Assembly: GCA_965644315.1 (NCBI GenBank)
Contig: CBFFRQ010000071.1
Coordinates: forward strand, 5,438-69,437
Length of the DNA: 64,000 nt
Direction of reading: 5' to 3'
From: Caecitellus pseudoparvulus
Lineage: Eukaryota > Protista > Bigyra: Bicosoecida
Of the stretch, positions 50,352-60,700 are shown piece after piece. The notes beneath the pieces were generated by a model that was not told the origin of the DNA, made no database searches, and saw only the letters and a program-made list of their open reading frames with translations. A program made the position numbers and the translations under genes. Within the stretch, counting starts at the first letter, position 1, and the number at the start of each line of letters is the position of its first letter.

Positions 50352-52433
50352 ATGGCATCGGATGATCCAGCTTCCAGCGACACGGAGGGCGGAAGCTGGG
50401 AGGACATCCACGACAAAATGATGTCTGTCAACTCCGCCAAGCAAGCCAAGGCGCTCATAACGGAGCAGGAGTTCGAGTACTGGCTGAAGTGGGCGGATTC
50501 TGAGGATTTTGGTAAGATGGAGGCCGCTTGGCGCCTCCGGGAGGTGCCCGAGGGATTCCGGGCAGATCGCATGCGATCCCTCATTGCGGGCAGAGCTTTC
50601 CGCCTCCCCGCTGACGGTGCCCCTCATCGCGCAGGCGGCTCACCACGGGGGCACGGCACGAAGCGAACCCGTCCGCGCGGTGCGAGCAGTGGCACGCCCT
50701 ACGGCCCGCACCTACCCCCGCGCCCGACCCAGCCGGACGCAGTCGCAGGCGACCTCCCGCAAGATCCCGCCACAGTGCTTACGTGGTTCCTGCAGAGGGG
50801 AGCGACGGTGCCGAGCGAGGACGTCGCCGTGCAGCTGCAGTTCTACGTGGGCTTGGCAACGGAGGAGACATCGCCGTACGCCCTCTCCGCTTGGCCTCCA
50901 CGGCGCTTCGCCGCATGGTGCAGACTCAACGGTATTCCCCCCGACCTCACCCCCGACGACATCGTGATGCATTTGCAGCGGGTCCTGGAGGCCGCGCTGG
51001 CGGGCGACGACGACTTTGGCGACGACGATGCCGGCGCCCCGTTCTTTCCCGTTTTCCCGGGCACCACACCGGATGCCGCCCGGTTACAGCCCCGTGCGGC
51101 GGCCCCGGGTCACCCCCGGCCTCCAAGAGGCACAGGGCGGCCTATAGCCCGCAGCCCCCCTCCCCCGTGGGGCGGCGGAGCCTCGCCGGCAGTCCACCCC
51201 GAAGGCGGGTCGGCTGTTTTCGGTCACATGGGGGAGAACAGCGGTCGGTCGTCGCCAGCCGACGAGGTACTGGTCACTGTAGGCGCGCTGCGGGTCATTG
51301 GGCCGACCGCACACCCCTCGTCGGCGGTGGCCCGGGACCGCCTGTCAGCCTTGGGGGCAGTTTTCGCTGCGGGGACCACAGACGCCTTGACCACGGTGGC
51401 TGTCGAGATGGCTGAGGCTGCTGCACGAGAGGTGCCCGCAGCAACGGGCCCAGTGCCGTCAGGTACGTTCCTGTCCCGCCAGCTCCCCCCCCACTCGCCC
51501 CGCGTGCCCGCTCCCGGCGACCCGTCCTGGCTCACAGCCCCCGGCGATGAGGTAGCCCCGCCGTCCGCGTCGGTCATGATGGACGACGCTATGGACGTAG
51601 TGACTGCTGTACGCCTGGTGCAAGGGAGGGTGGAAGTTACAGTTGACCCAACCCATCTAGTGGCAGTAACTGGGGCGGGTGCCCTGTCGGCATGCCACAT
51701 GCTGGGCAACCGTGGGGGCGCTTGGTGGCTTGCTGCGATGACCAGGGACTTGCTGACGGCGCCTTCCGACGACCTCCACCGCTCCCTCCGAGCGTTCTGG
51801 TGGAAGTGGGCGTCCGAGGTGCCCGCCCTGGCAGACCAGCGGGGCCTGTGCCGAGCCATGGCGTGCGCACTCCTGATCACAATCGCAGTGCGGGCCGTGG
51901 CGCAGACCGCCGCTGCGTTGCCCGAAGGCCAGCGCAGGCGATGGGCCCAGCTGACGTGGGCCTCCTGGGTGGCCACGTTCCGCACTAACGCCACCATTGT
52001 CATGATGGCGTCGGCGACGGGGCAAGCACTGGTGGCCAGCTCGCTGGCGCGCGAGGCATGGGCGGCCGGGGCCGCCGCCACACCGATGCCAGGTGCGGGG
52101 GGCGGCCCGGCGCAAACCCCCGCTCGTGGCCCTCCCGCGGGGCTGTACCGGCAGGACGACCCGAGCACATTCGTGTGGTGCCCCGGGTGCGTCGGATCCG
52201 ACCGGCGGCGCCGGTCGCTGGCATCCTGCCCACGCCTGGCCCAGCATGTGGCCCACCTGCGCCGGACCCACACAGTCGGAGGTAAGCCCGCAGAACTTAC
52301 CCAGGCGCAGGCAGTGGCCATGCTGGTGCGCCAGTGGGAGCGGAAGGTGGCATCCAAGGGACGTGACTTCCAGCGGCGCATGCAGCCCCGCGCTGTCACC
52401 ACGGCCATGGTGGAGGCAGCTCTCAGCCTCTAG
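50352..52433 (+). CDS. Retrotransposon ORF1 (gag-like by position) with Cys/His cluster near the C-terminus
   Basis: ORF 50298..52433, first ATG after A1 at 50352; WCPGC...SCPRLAQHVAHLRRTH. Confidence 0.75.
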   Translation: MASDDPASSDTEGGSWEDIHDKMMSVNSAKQAKALITEQEFEYWLKWADSEDFGKMEAAWRLREVPEGFRADRMRSLIAGRAFRLPADGAPHRAGGSPRGHGTKRTRPRGASSGTPYGPHLPPRPTQPDAVAGDLPQDPATVLTWFLQRGATVPSEDVAVQLQFYVGLATEETSPYALSAWPPRRFAAWCRLNGIPPDLTPDDIVMHLQRVLEAALAGDDDFGDDDAGAPFFPVFPGTTPDAARLQPRAAAPGHPRPPRGTGRPIARSPPPPWGGGASPAVHPEGGSAVFGHMGENSGRSSPADEVLVTVGALRVIGPTAHPSSAVARDRLSALGAVFAAGTTDALTTVAVEMAEAAAREVPAATGPVPSGTFLSRQLPPHSPRVPAPGDPSWLTAPGDEVAPPSASVMMDDAMDVVTAVRLVQGRVEVTVDPTHLVAVTGAGALSACHMLGNRGGAWWLAAMTRDLLTAPSDDLHRSLRAFWWKWASEVPALADQRGLCRAMACALLITIAVRAVAQTAAALPEGQRRRWAQLTWASWVATFRTNATIVMMASATGQALVASSLAREAWAAGAAATPMPGAGGGPAQTPARGPPAGLYRQDDPSTFVWCPGCVGSDRRRRSLASCPRLAQHVAHLRRTHTVGGKPAELTQAQAVAMLVRQWERKVASKGRDFQRRMQPRAVTTAMVEAALSL

Positions 52434-54652
52434 GAGGTGGGCCGGAGCGCGGTGGTGAGAGCGACCACGGGGTACCGGGCCGTGCCCGTGGAGTGGAGGG
52501 CTGCCGCCCCGCTCTCGACAGACCACCGCGCCATGGCCGTGCTCATCGAATCAACGGTCCAGCAGCTGCATGGGGACCGTTGTTGGACTCCACCGGGGCT
52601 CTTCGAGGACATCTTGCGTGGGGGCTTGGACTGGGGCCCCCACCCCGTGGTCTCATACTGGGGTTGCCAGGAGGCCCACGCTGACGTGTGTCCCGCATGC
52701 GGCGAGACCACTTCCAGATTACGGCAGCTTGAGCGGTGCGCAGCCATGCGACTGCTCACCGTGGTCACGCTGCGCGGGTGGGACCCCGCTTGGCTGCTGT
52801 TCCGCCGCCCCCCGGCAGCGGCATCCCCGTCCTCGGCATACGTGCTGCAGCCGCACGACGAGCGGGCGGTGGCAGCGGCCTATGACGCCTTCGCGGCTGC
52901 GCGCGTGCTGCAGCCGGTCACCCCCCAGCAGCTGCAGCAGCACCGAAAGATGGGGGGGCCAGCCGCTTCTGCCTTCGTTGTCACGACATGGGCCCCCCAG
53001 CCGGGCGTCAGCGACGAAGCTCTGCGACAGTGGGCTGCTGCGAACCCAGGCGAGGCGGTGCAGGCCGCCAGCTCTTCCCGCGCGCCCGCCCGCCCGAGCC
53101 GCCTGTTCCGGGCCAAGCAGCGGGTGGTGTACGATCTGGCAGCCGTCAACCAGGCCTCAGTGAGCCCCCCATTCCACTACCCCACGCTGGAGAGCTGGGC
53201 GCTGCGCCTCCCGCCGAACTCGGACTGTGTTGTCCTGGACGTGGAAGCAGGGTACACGGCCATCCCCATCGCTCCGTCGGGCGCCGGACTGTTCACCATG
53301 CTCGCCCAGGGCAGGCCAGCCTTCCGCATGCTTCGGATGGCCTTCGGGTACAGCCCGGCCGGGGCCATTTTCTGCTTTTTTTCTGGACTTCTGGGCGCCA
53401 AGATCGAAGCGGCGTTCCCAGCAGGGCATGTGGTTGTGTACGTAGACGACGTCGGGCTTGGGGGAGCTACGTTGGGGCCACGGCCATCGATCGTGCCCAA
53501 GATAACTCAACTGTTCGAGGACGTGGGCTTCCGGGTGTCGCGCAAGAAGACGCAAGGGCCACAGCGCGTCGTTCAGTACTTGGGGATGGTGGTCAGGTGT
53601 GCCCCGTGTGGGGTGTACCTTGAGTGTCCTCAAGCCAAACGAACTCAGCTGCGGTGGCAGCTGGCCGCGGTCCTTAATCGCCTCGGCGCTTGCTCCACCA
53701 TCCCCAAGCGCGTTTTCGCCGCGGTCACAGGGCGCTTGCACGGCCTGTCGGCCGTGGTGCCCCACGCAAAACAAACGCTGTCGCTCTTGTACGACACCAT
53801 GCGCACACACAAGTACCGCGTCGGCCCCCCGGCGCTCTCGTGCCTGTCCCCCCGGCGTCGCACGGGGCCCTGCGGACCCTCCTTGAGGCCCTCGGTGGGC
53901 CGTTATCGACGGGCCCGATGCGCCCGCTCTCCCCACTGTCAAGCAGGTGGCGCGCCGCCCTCTTTGGCTCGTGCGACGCGTCGGGGGAAGGCGGGCTGGG
54001 GGCAACAGTGTCGAGGTGGGCAGGGCCAGGAGAACGCACAGACTCCGCTTGGTACGCGTCCATGCGCATCCCCGGCACAGCCCCGGGCGAGGAGCTCGTG
54101 GGAGCCTCCACGATGCTGGAGCTGTACGCAATCGCCTTGGCTATGGCAATGGCGCGGCATGTTTTTCCCGAGCCGGGGCCGCTGCTGCTATGCCTAGCTG
54201 CGGACAGCCAGGCAGCGGTGGCGCTGGCGCGACGAGGGTACAGCAAGCACAGCCGTGAACTCACGCGCGTCTGCGGGGTCCTCGAGCGGGTTTCCCGCGT
54301 TTTGGACGTCCACTTGGCGCCTCGGTGGATCCCGAGGAGCCTGAATTGGCGGGCGGACGCCCTCAGCCACCCCGAAAGGGTGGATAGCAGCACACCGGCA
54401 GCGCTCGGCCTCCCGCCAGGGCAACCAGCCGAGCTGGAGGTATCAGCAGGGGGAAGCAGCGCCGCTGAGCGGTGGCATGATGTGTCCCTAGACGTAGGGC
54501 CGTCGGGAAAGGCCGGGGCGGGCACCGCGTGGATTCACTCAGCTCAACTCTCCGTCGCCCTGCACAGACACACTCTGGATAAGGAAGCAGACCTTCTGGC
54601 AGATGATCAGGGCCATCCCCGCGTCCCCGATCAGCAGGATTCACCAACATAG
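52434..54652 (+). CDS. Retrotransposon pol: reverse transcriptase + DIRS-type RNase H (1-nt frameshift near 53825-53830)
   Basis: RT motifs RVVYDL, VLDVEAGY, RMAFGYSPA, YVDD, KKTQGP..QYLG. RNase H motifs CDASG, MLELYAI, ADSQAA, WIPRSLNWRADALS lie in the -1 frame. Confidence 0.9.
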
Positions 54653-55472
54653 GCTGGCAAAGGGGACGGTGGTCAAGTACGTTCGCGCGGTTGCTGGCCT
54701 GATCAGGGCCGCTCCAGCACCCCGGGACAGGGCGCGGACCATGGTGGGCATCTTAACGGGCGGCGTGGCCGCAGGCAGATGGGCCCCCCATCGGGCGAAG
54801 CAGATCCTGGCGCAATGGGTCGGTGGTTTTAGGTATCTGGGCCTGCCAATCCCGTCGCTAGCCCCGCTGGGGCTCACAGTCGGCAGCATCTGCCGGGCAA
54901 TCCGCCGGCTCCACCGAGGGAGAGGGGAGCAACACCGCCGCCCTATCAGCAAAGAACAAGTCATGGAGGCCATGAAGCGGGCATGGGACGGGCCACACCT
55001 CGGGAGGCATGCCCCAACTGCCGCCGCAGCTATCTACATCGGCTTTCATGGCATGTGCAGGCCGGGAGAGCTCCGGGGCCTGCGATGGGAGGAGTTGCAC
55101 TTCGGGCGGGCGGGCCCCCTGCAGTGGGTGGAGGCCAGGGTCACGGATAAAACGCACCTGAGTGCAAACCGCCACATCCAGGTGGTGCGCCAGGCCGAGT
55201 GGGCGGGGGCCTTCGACCGCCTCCGGGAGCAGGCCCGGGACAAGCGGGGAAGCCTGCTCCCAAGGTGGGCGTGGCTCAGCCTGCAAGGCATCCTGAAGGC
55301 TGTAGCGGGCGTGTCCTTGGCCCACCTGAGACCCGGGGGCAATATGTTCTGGACAGGCCGGGCCCCCGACGTCTTGGTGGAGCACGCGGCGGGCTGGGCG
55401 GCTGGCTCCCCCACCCGGGCACGATACTACACCCAGGGGGGGAGGGGGCGAGGCTGTGGCACGAGGCCATGA
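54603..55472 (+). CDS. Tyrosine recombinase of the retrotransposon
   Basis: GFHGMCRPGEL (R), TDKT (K), AHLRPGG (HxR), AAGW (W), RARYY (Y); overlaps the pol 3' end. Confidence 0.9.
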   Translation: MIRAIPASPISRIHQHRLAKGTVVKYVRAVAGLIRAAPAPRDRARTMVGILTGGVAAGRWAPHRAKQILAQWVGGFRYLGLPIPSLAPLGLTVGSICRAIRRLHRGRGEQHRRPISKEQVMEAMKRAWDGPHLGRHAPTAAAAIYIGFHGMCRPGELRGLRWEELHFGRAGPLQWVEARVTDKTHLSANRHIQVVRQAEWAGAFDRLREQARDKRGSLLPRWAWLSLQGILKAVAGVSLAHLRPGGNMFWTGRAPDVLVEHAAGWAAGSPTRARYYTQGGRGRGCGTRP

Positions 55473-55503
55473 CACCCAGGGGAGGAAGCAAGCATTGAAA
55501 AGT

Positions 55504-55992
55504 ATTGGCGGGTGCCGCAAGGAGGCGTCCCCTCCCCCAAGAGATGCAGCGAGCCCTGGTGGCCGCTGGCATAGAGGGGGGAGGGGACGGCCTCGAGGCG
55601 GGCCCAGTTCAATGCATTTCGATTGCCACGCACAACGCACCAACACGAGGGAACCGAGGTTGCCGGCACCCCAGCCGGCAACCATGTTTCCCGGCAGGAG
55701 GGGCGGCGGGCAGTCCCACGCTAGTGGCACAATTGTCCCCCGCCGCCCCAACGCAGAGTAGACGACGGCAGGACCGGGCATGACAAAACCAGTCATTAGC
55801 CGGCCTCGTCACTCTCTTTCCTTTTTTTTTCTTTTTCTCGATTGGCGGGTGCCGCAAGGAGGCGTCCCCTCCCCCAAGAGATGCAGCGAGCCCTGGTGGC
55901 CGCTGGCATAGAGGGGGGAGGGGACGGCCTCGAGGCGGGCCCAGTTCAATGCATTTCGATTGCCACGCACAACGCACCAACACGAGGGAACC
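55504..55992 (+). repeat. Terminal B1-A2-B2 repeats
   Basis: 152-bp B (attggcgggtgccgcaagg...cacgagggaacc) occurs twice, flanking A2. Confidence 0.95.
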
Positions 55993-56210
55993 CGCACACG
56001 CCCCGCTGCACCACTGTGCCTGCGCCTTGGTGTGGCTGGCCGCCGTGGCCGCAGCACGTGGCTGTGCGGCAGCGGCCCCCGCCACAGTGCGCCATGGCGG
56101 CAGTGCTGGGGCACCCTGTGACGTGTAGCAAGGGCGGTCGCCCGAGGGTGGGTGTGTGGTGGGGGGTGTGTGGCGTGTGCATTGGGAGGTGTCAAGACAC
56201 GCGTGGGGAG

Positions 56211-57536
56211 TCATGGCCGGCGTCGTGGCGGGTGGCGCTGCCGTGCGGGTGCAGGGTGGACAGGGGGGTGAGCTGGAGGGCGGCAGGTGTGGCAGGGGTG
56301 TGTGTGCGGGTGGGGGTGGGGTGGCGGGGTGGCACTGGCGCCCGCTTGTGCGCCCCCCCCCACATGGGCCAAGCGCCTGGCACGGTCGCGCTGCCGGGCG
56401 CCCAGCGGCGCACCACACTGCCACGACTCGCCCCACCTGCATGACACGTGTCCGCATGCTGGGCAGTCCGGGGCGGCGCCAGGCGGGGTGGCGGCGTGTC
56501 GGCCAGGCGCCAAGCAAGCCCCACTGCGGAGCTTGCACCGCACAGCCACCATGGCATCCGCCGTTGTGCAGCCTGCTGCGCTCTTGGCCGACTTCACATG
56601 CGCCACGATGTATTGCCCGGCAGCACGCTCGCAGAGTGCTTCCGCGTCCAAGTCGCCATTGCGCCGGAGTCGCGGCACAAGCGGCACTGACTCCAGCTCG
56701 CTCAGTGCGGCGGCCAGCCTAGCCGGGTTCACCTGCTCTCTGTGCCCATCACACTCATCCCCGCCGGAGCCCTCCCCAGCCACCACACCTGCAACGTCGC
56801 TGTCAGCCACCCCCGCAATGCGCCGCGCCAGCTGCTCCGCTGTCGGCGTCGCATCCGCTCCCCGCACCGCTGATGCGTATGTGGCCAGAGCGCTGGCAGA
56901 CGGCGACGCCCTAGCCCGCAGCATGCCCCGCATGGCAGACCGCAGGATGTGCTTGGGTACGCGTCGAGCCGCTGCAGAGCTCATCGCAGCCGCCCGCCCC
57001 ACACGGGCCTGCCGCAGCTTGCGCGAGAGAGCGCTGCGCCGAGTGGTCCCAGCGACGGCATCCTTCGGCTTGGTCAGCCGATCCAGCACACGTTCCCGGA
57101 GTGCACGGGGCTTCAGCGCCCCAGAGGCCTCTTTGTTTGACGCGTGCAGAGCCTTCAACTCTGCCTCTGGCAGCGCGGCCTTGCCTTGCTTAGCACCGAC
57201 CGCCGAGTCGGCAACGGGCAACGATCCAGTTTCCGCACCGCCCCCCTCGCCGCCCCCTTCCCCGCTCCGCGCCATGGCCACCTGGTCTGCCAGCCACTCC
57301 TCCCCATCCAGTCGCAGTAATGCCTCTGCCCTGGATGCCAGCCCTGCCCACAGCTCCAGGGCTGACGCTGAGTGCCGAGCTGTATCGAAGGAGACGACGT
57401 TGGTGGCTCCTGCCGCAGCAGCCTCGGCCAGCAGGCCCTCCAGCTGTGCTCTGCGGGCAGACAGCATGCTGAGGGGGGCAGGCGCACAGACCAGGGTGTC
57501 GCGCCTGCCCTCCTGGCCTGACCGCTCCCCCGCCAT
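56211..57536 (-). pseudogene. 3'-truncated paralogue of gene X (ORF still open)
   Basis: ORF 56211..57692 with the X-homologous ATG at 57536. Confidence 0.65.
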
Positions 57537-57798
57537 GGCCCCTCCTGTGTCGGCAGCGGCGGCGGTGTGCGATGCGTTTCGCTTGATTTCGGAGCGCAGC
57601 CACATCAGGCGACGTGAGGGGGGGGACCTGGCCAACCGCACACCAGCACAAGGCAAGGCACATCGACATGGCATACTCTTGGTCAGTGCCATGCCAGGGA
57701 TGTCAGTTGTGTCCGGCTCCGCTCGAAGTGGGTGTCCTGAACCACGGCGTGAGCCAGGTTCGTCAAATGGTGCATTGGCCTGTACTTGGTGCCGGGCA

Positions 57799-60700
57799 TC
57801 AGATCAAGTGTTTCAAGGTTTCGAACTCAGCGGCTTCCTGCCGCACACTGTCGGGGATCCTGCGATCACCCGTCAGGCCCAGCAGCTCACGTACGATGTC
57901 TGTGTGGCCCTTGCGGCATGCCCATCGGAAGGCGGCCTCAGGTCCACCCCTATCCGCCGCGTGTACATCCACTGCCCGCGCCCCAGTCAAGCCCAGCAGC
58001 TCACGCACGATGTCTGTGCGGCCCGTGGCGCATGCCTCTCGGAAGGCGACCTCAGGCCCACCCCATGCCGCCGAGTGCACATCTACTGCCCGCGCCCCAG
58101 TCAGGCCCAGCAGCTCACGCACGATGTCTGTGTGGCCGCAGTAGCATGCCCATCGGAAGGCGGACTCAGGTCCAAACCCATCCGCCGCGTGCACATCCAC
58201 TGCCCGCGCCCCAGTCAGGCCCAGCAGCTCACGTACGATGTCTGTGTGGCCATTCTCGCATGCCCCTCGGAAGGCGGCCTCAGGTCCATCCCATGCCGCC
58301 GCATGCACATCCACCTCTCGCGCCCCAGTCAGGCCCAGCAGCTCACGCACGATGTCGCTGCGACCCCAGCGGCATGCGGCTCGAAAGGCGGCCTCAGGTC
58401 CTTCATCATCCGCCGCGTGCACATCCACCTCTCGCGCCCCAGTCAGGCCCAGCAGCTCACGCACGATGTCTGTGCGGCCATTCTCGCATGCCCATCGGAA
58501 GGCGGACTCAGGTCCATCATCATCCGCCGCGTGCACATCCACTGCCCGCGCCCCAGTCAGGCCCAGCAGCTCACGCACGATGTCTGTGTGGCCCAAGCGA
58601 CATGCCCATCGGAAGGCGGCCTCAGGTCCAAGCGCATCCGCTGCGTGCACATCCACTGCCCGCGCTCCAGTCAGGCCCAGCAGCTCACGCACGATGTCTG
58701 TGTGGCCTTCGCGGCATGCCCATCGGAAGGCGGCCTCAGGTCCATCCTCATCCGCCGCGTGCACATCCACTGCCCGCGCCCCACTCAGGCCCAGCAGCTC
58801 ACGCACGATGTCTGCGTGGCCATTGAAGCATGCCCATCGGAAGGCGGCCTCAGGTCCCTGGCTGTGAAGCCATGTGCTGATCTTAACCTTTCCCGCCGCG
58901 TGCACATCCACTGCCTCACCCCCCCTCAACGCAAGCAGCTCACGCACCCTCGCAAGCTCTCCTTCCTTGCACGCATCCACAAAGGCAACCGTGTTCTCAT
59001 CACTGTAGCTTCCCACACCAACGCCCGTCTCTGACTGCCCAGCCGATGCTCCCCCCTCATCGACACCCTGCACTTCACCTGCACCACCAGCACCCGCCTG
59101 CTCTCCATCGACCACACTCCGCACAGCACTCTCCACACCTCCCAGACACCCAACACCACCCCCACATGCACCACACGCCACCGCATACGCACCCATGCAC
59201 CTACCACTCCCGCCTCGCCCCAACACCTCCATCGCCCCCCACAACCCATGCTCACCACCTCCACCGCTCCCCACGAAGCTTGACACATCACCCGATCCAC
59301 CACCCTCCCCAACACCTCCCACACCAAGCACCTCACGCACCACACCCAACGCTCCACCCTCACCACCACCAACGCCACCACCACAGGCACCTCCACCCCA
59401 CACACCCCCACATGCACTCAACACCACCTCACACCCACACCCATCCACCGCCCCCACCAGATCACCCACACTCCCACTCCCCACACCCACCACCACAAAG
59501 CTCCCCACACCCACACCCCCCACATCCACACCACACGCCTCCGCCACAGCACATGCCCCCAGCACCCGCACAGCCACGCGCTGCCTCACACCCACCCCAA
59601 CATCGCCCCACGCTTCATCCTCCACGAACACCCTCAGCGGCCACCCCGCCTCACACTGCACCTGCACCGTGACACTGCTCCTCTCGCCAACTGGCTCATC
59701 TGCTCGGCCACCAAAGACTCCATGTGCCAGTGCTGCTTTGTGTGGAGTCTGCGCCGCTCGCGGCAGTCCATAGGCGATGCGAGCCGCTTCAACACGCTTC
59801 ACAGCCCCAACACTCGTGACAAGCGCCCTCGCACCTGCCGCCACATATGTTGCCCACTGCTCCACATCCCCACCTCCACCCACATCCTCATCCACGATCT
59901 CAACCCGCCCACTGTACACACTCACACCCACGCCGTTCAGGCACGACAAGCCACTCGACAAGTCCAGCCCACACACAGCCCTCACCTTTCGACCACTCAT
60001 GACCGGCGCGCACCCCAACAGACCACGCAGCTCCTCCACCGCACTCGCAGCACACTCCAGATGCTCCGCAGCACTCTCACTCCTCAGCTCACCTGCCGCC
60101 TCGCCTCGCAGCCACTCAGCTTGCTGACGCATGCCAGCCAGAGCCGCATCCGTCGCTGCCTCGCCACCAGCATCATGTGTGAGTGGGCTACTCTCACAAG
60201 CTACATCCACATCCGCAACCTCGAAGCCTTGCCACCATCGCGTCAGGTCAGCCAGCGCACCCTCCAAGTTCACTCCGGCCCGCACATTGCTCCAAGCACC
60301 CACGATGGCGCCCCACAGTGCGTCACCCTCCGGCACGGCACTCACACCGCTCGCCGCCTGATGCAGCACATCCACCGCGCAGAAGCACCGGAACGACAGG
60401 TACTGCAGCGCAGCACACACACCACCTCGCTCATGCTGCCCCGCCAACAGCCCAGCTTGCTCCAACAGCGCTCTCCCTGCCTCACGCAGTGCAGCCTCCA
60501 GCTCCGCCAGGCTCATGCCCGATGGGGCGTCGCCCGTTGCAGGCAAATCGCCACGCCCAATGGCTGCCAGTCCCCGCACTGCTGGGCCGTGCTCCATGAC
60601 GCTGCCCGGCAGACACTTCATTTTGGCCAAGCATGCCGCCACCACCTCAGCCTGTGTGTCAACAATGCCTGCAATGGCTGCTGCACTGCCCTCCATAGCT

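Larger units (their letters stand above)
50172..55992 (+). mobile_element. Full-length Ngaro-type (DIRS order) tyrosine-recombinase retrotransposon with split direct repeats A1-ORFs-B1-A2-B2
   Basis: A1 50172-50347 = A2 55654-55829; B1 55504-55655 = B2 55841-55992. ORFs for a gag-like protein, RT, RNase H and YR. It interrupts a spacer that is intact in the other array units. Confidence 0.95.

Noticed and set aside
53800-53860. Programmed -1 ribosomal frameshift between RT and RNase H
   Set aside because: No X XXY YYZ slippery heptamer with A/U at Y; the same homopolymer defect occurs in unrelated genes.
30898-58857. Diversity-generating retroelement (RT next to variable repeats)
   Set aside because: The RT belongs to a self-contained Ngaro element present in only one unit. 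There is no invariant adenine-rich template repeat, and variable codons differ at all three positions rather than only at template adenines.
57868-58857. TAL-effector-like DNA-binding repeats (variable dipeptide)
   Set aside because: The consensus (A.xxGH..IV..LL..G.DV.A) is ankyrin, not TALE, and the variable residues are chemically broad rather than an RVD-like code.
56287-59034. Long plus-strand ORFs antisense to the array (also 30718..32064, 35703..37163, 37558..39213)
   Set aside because: Shadow frames of GC-rich repetitive coding sequence. A stop interrupts the equivalent frame at 37161, and they show no domain character.
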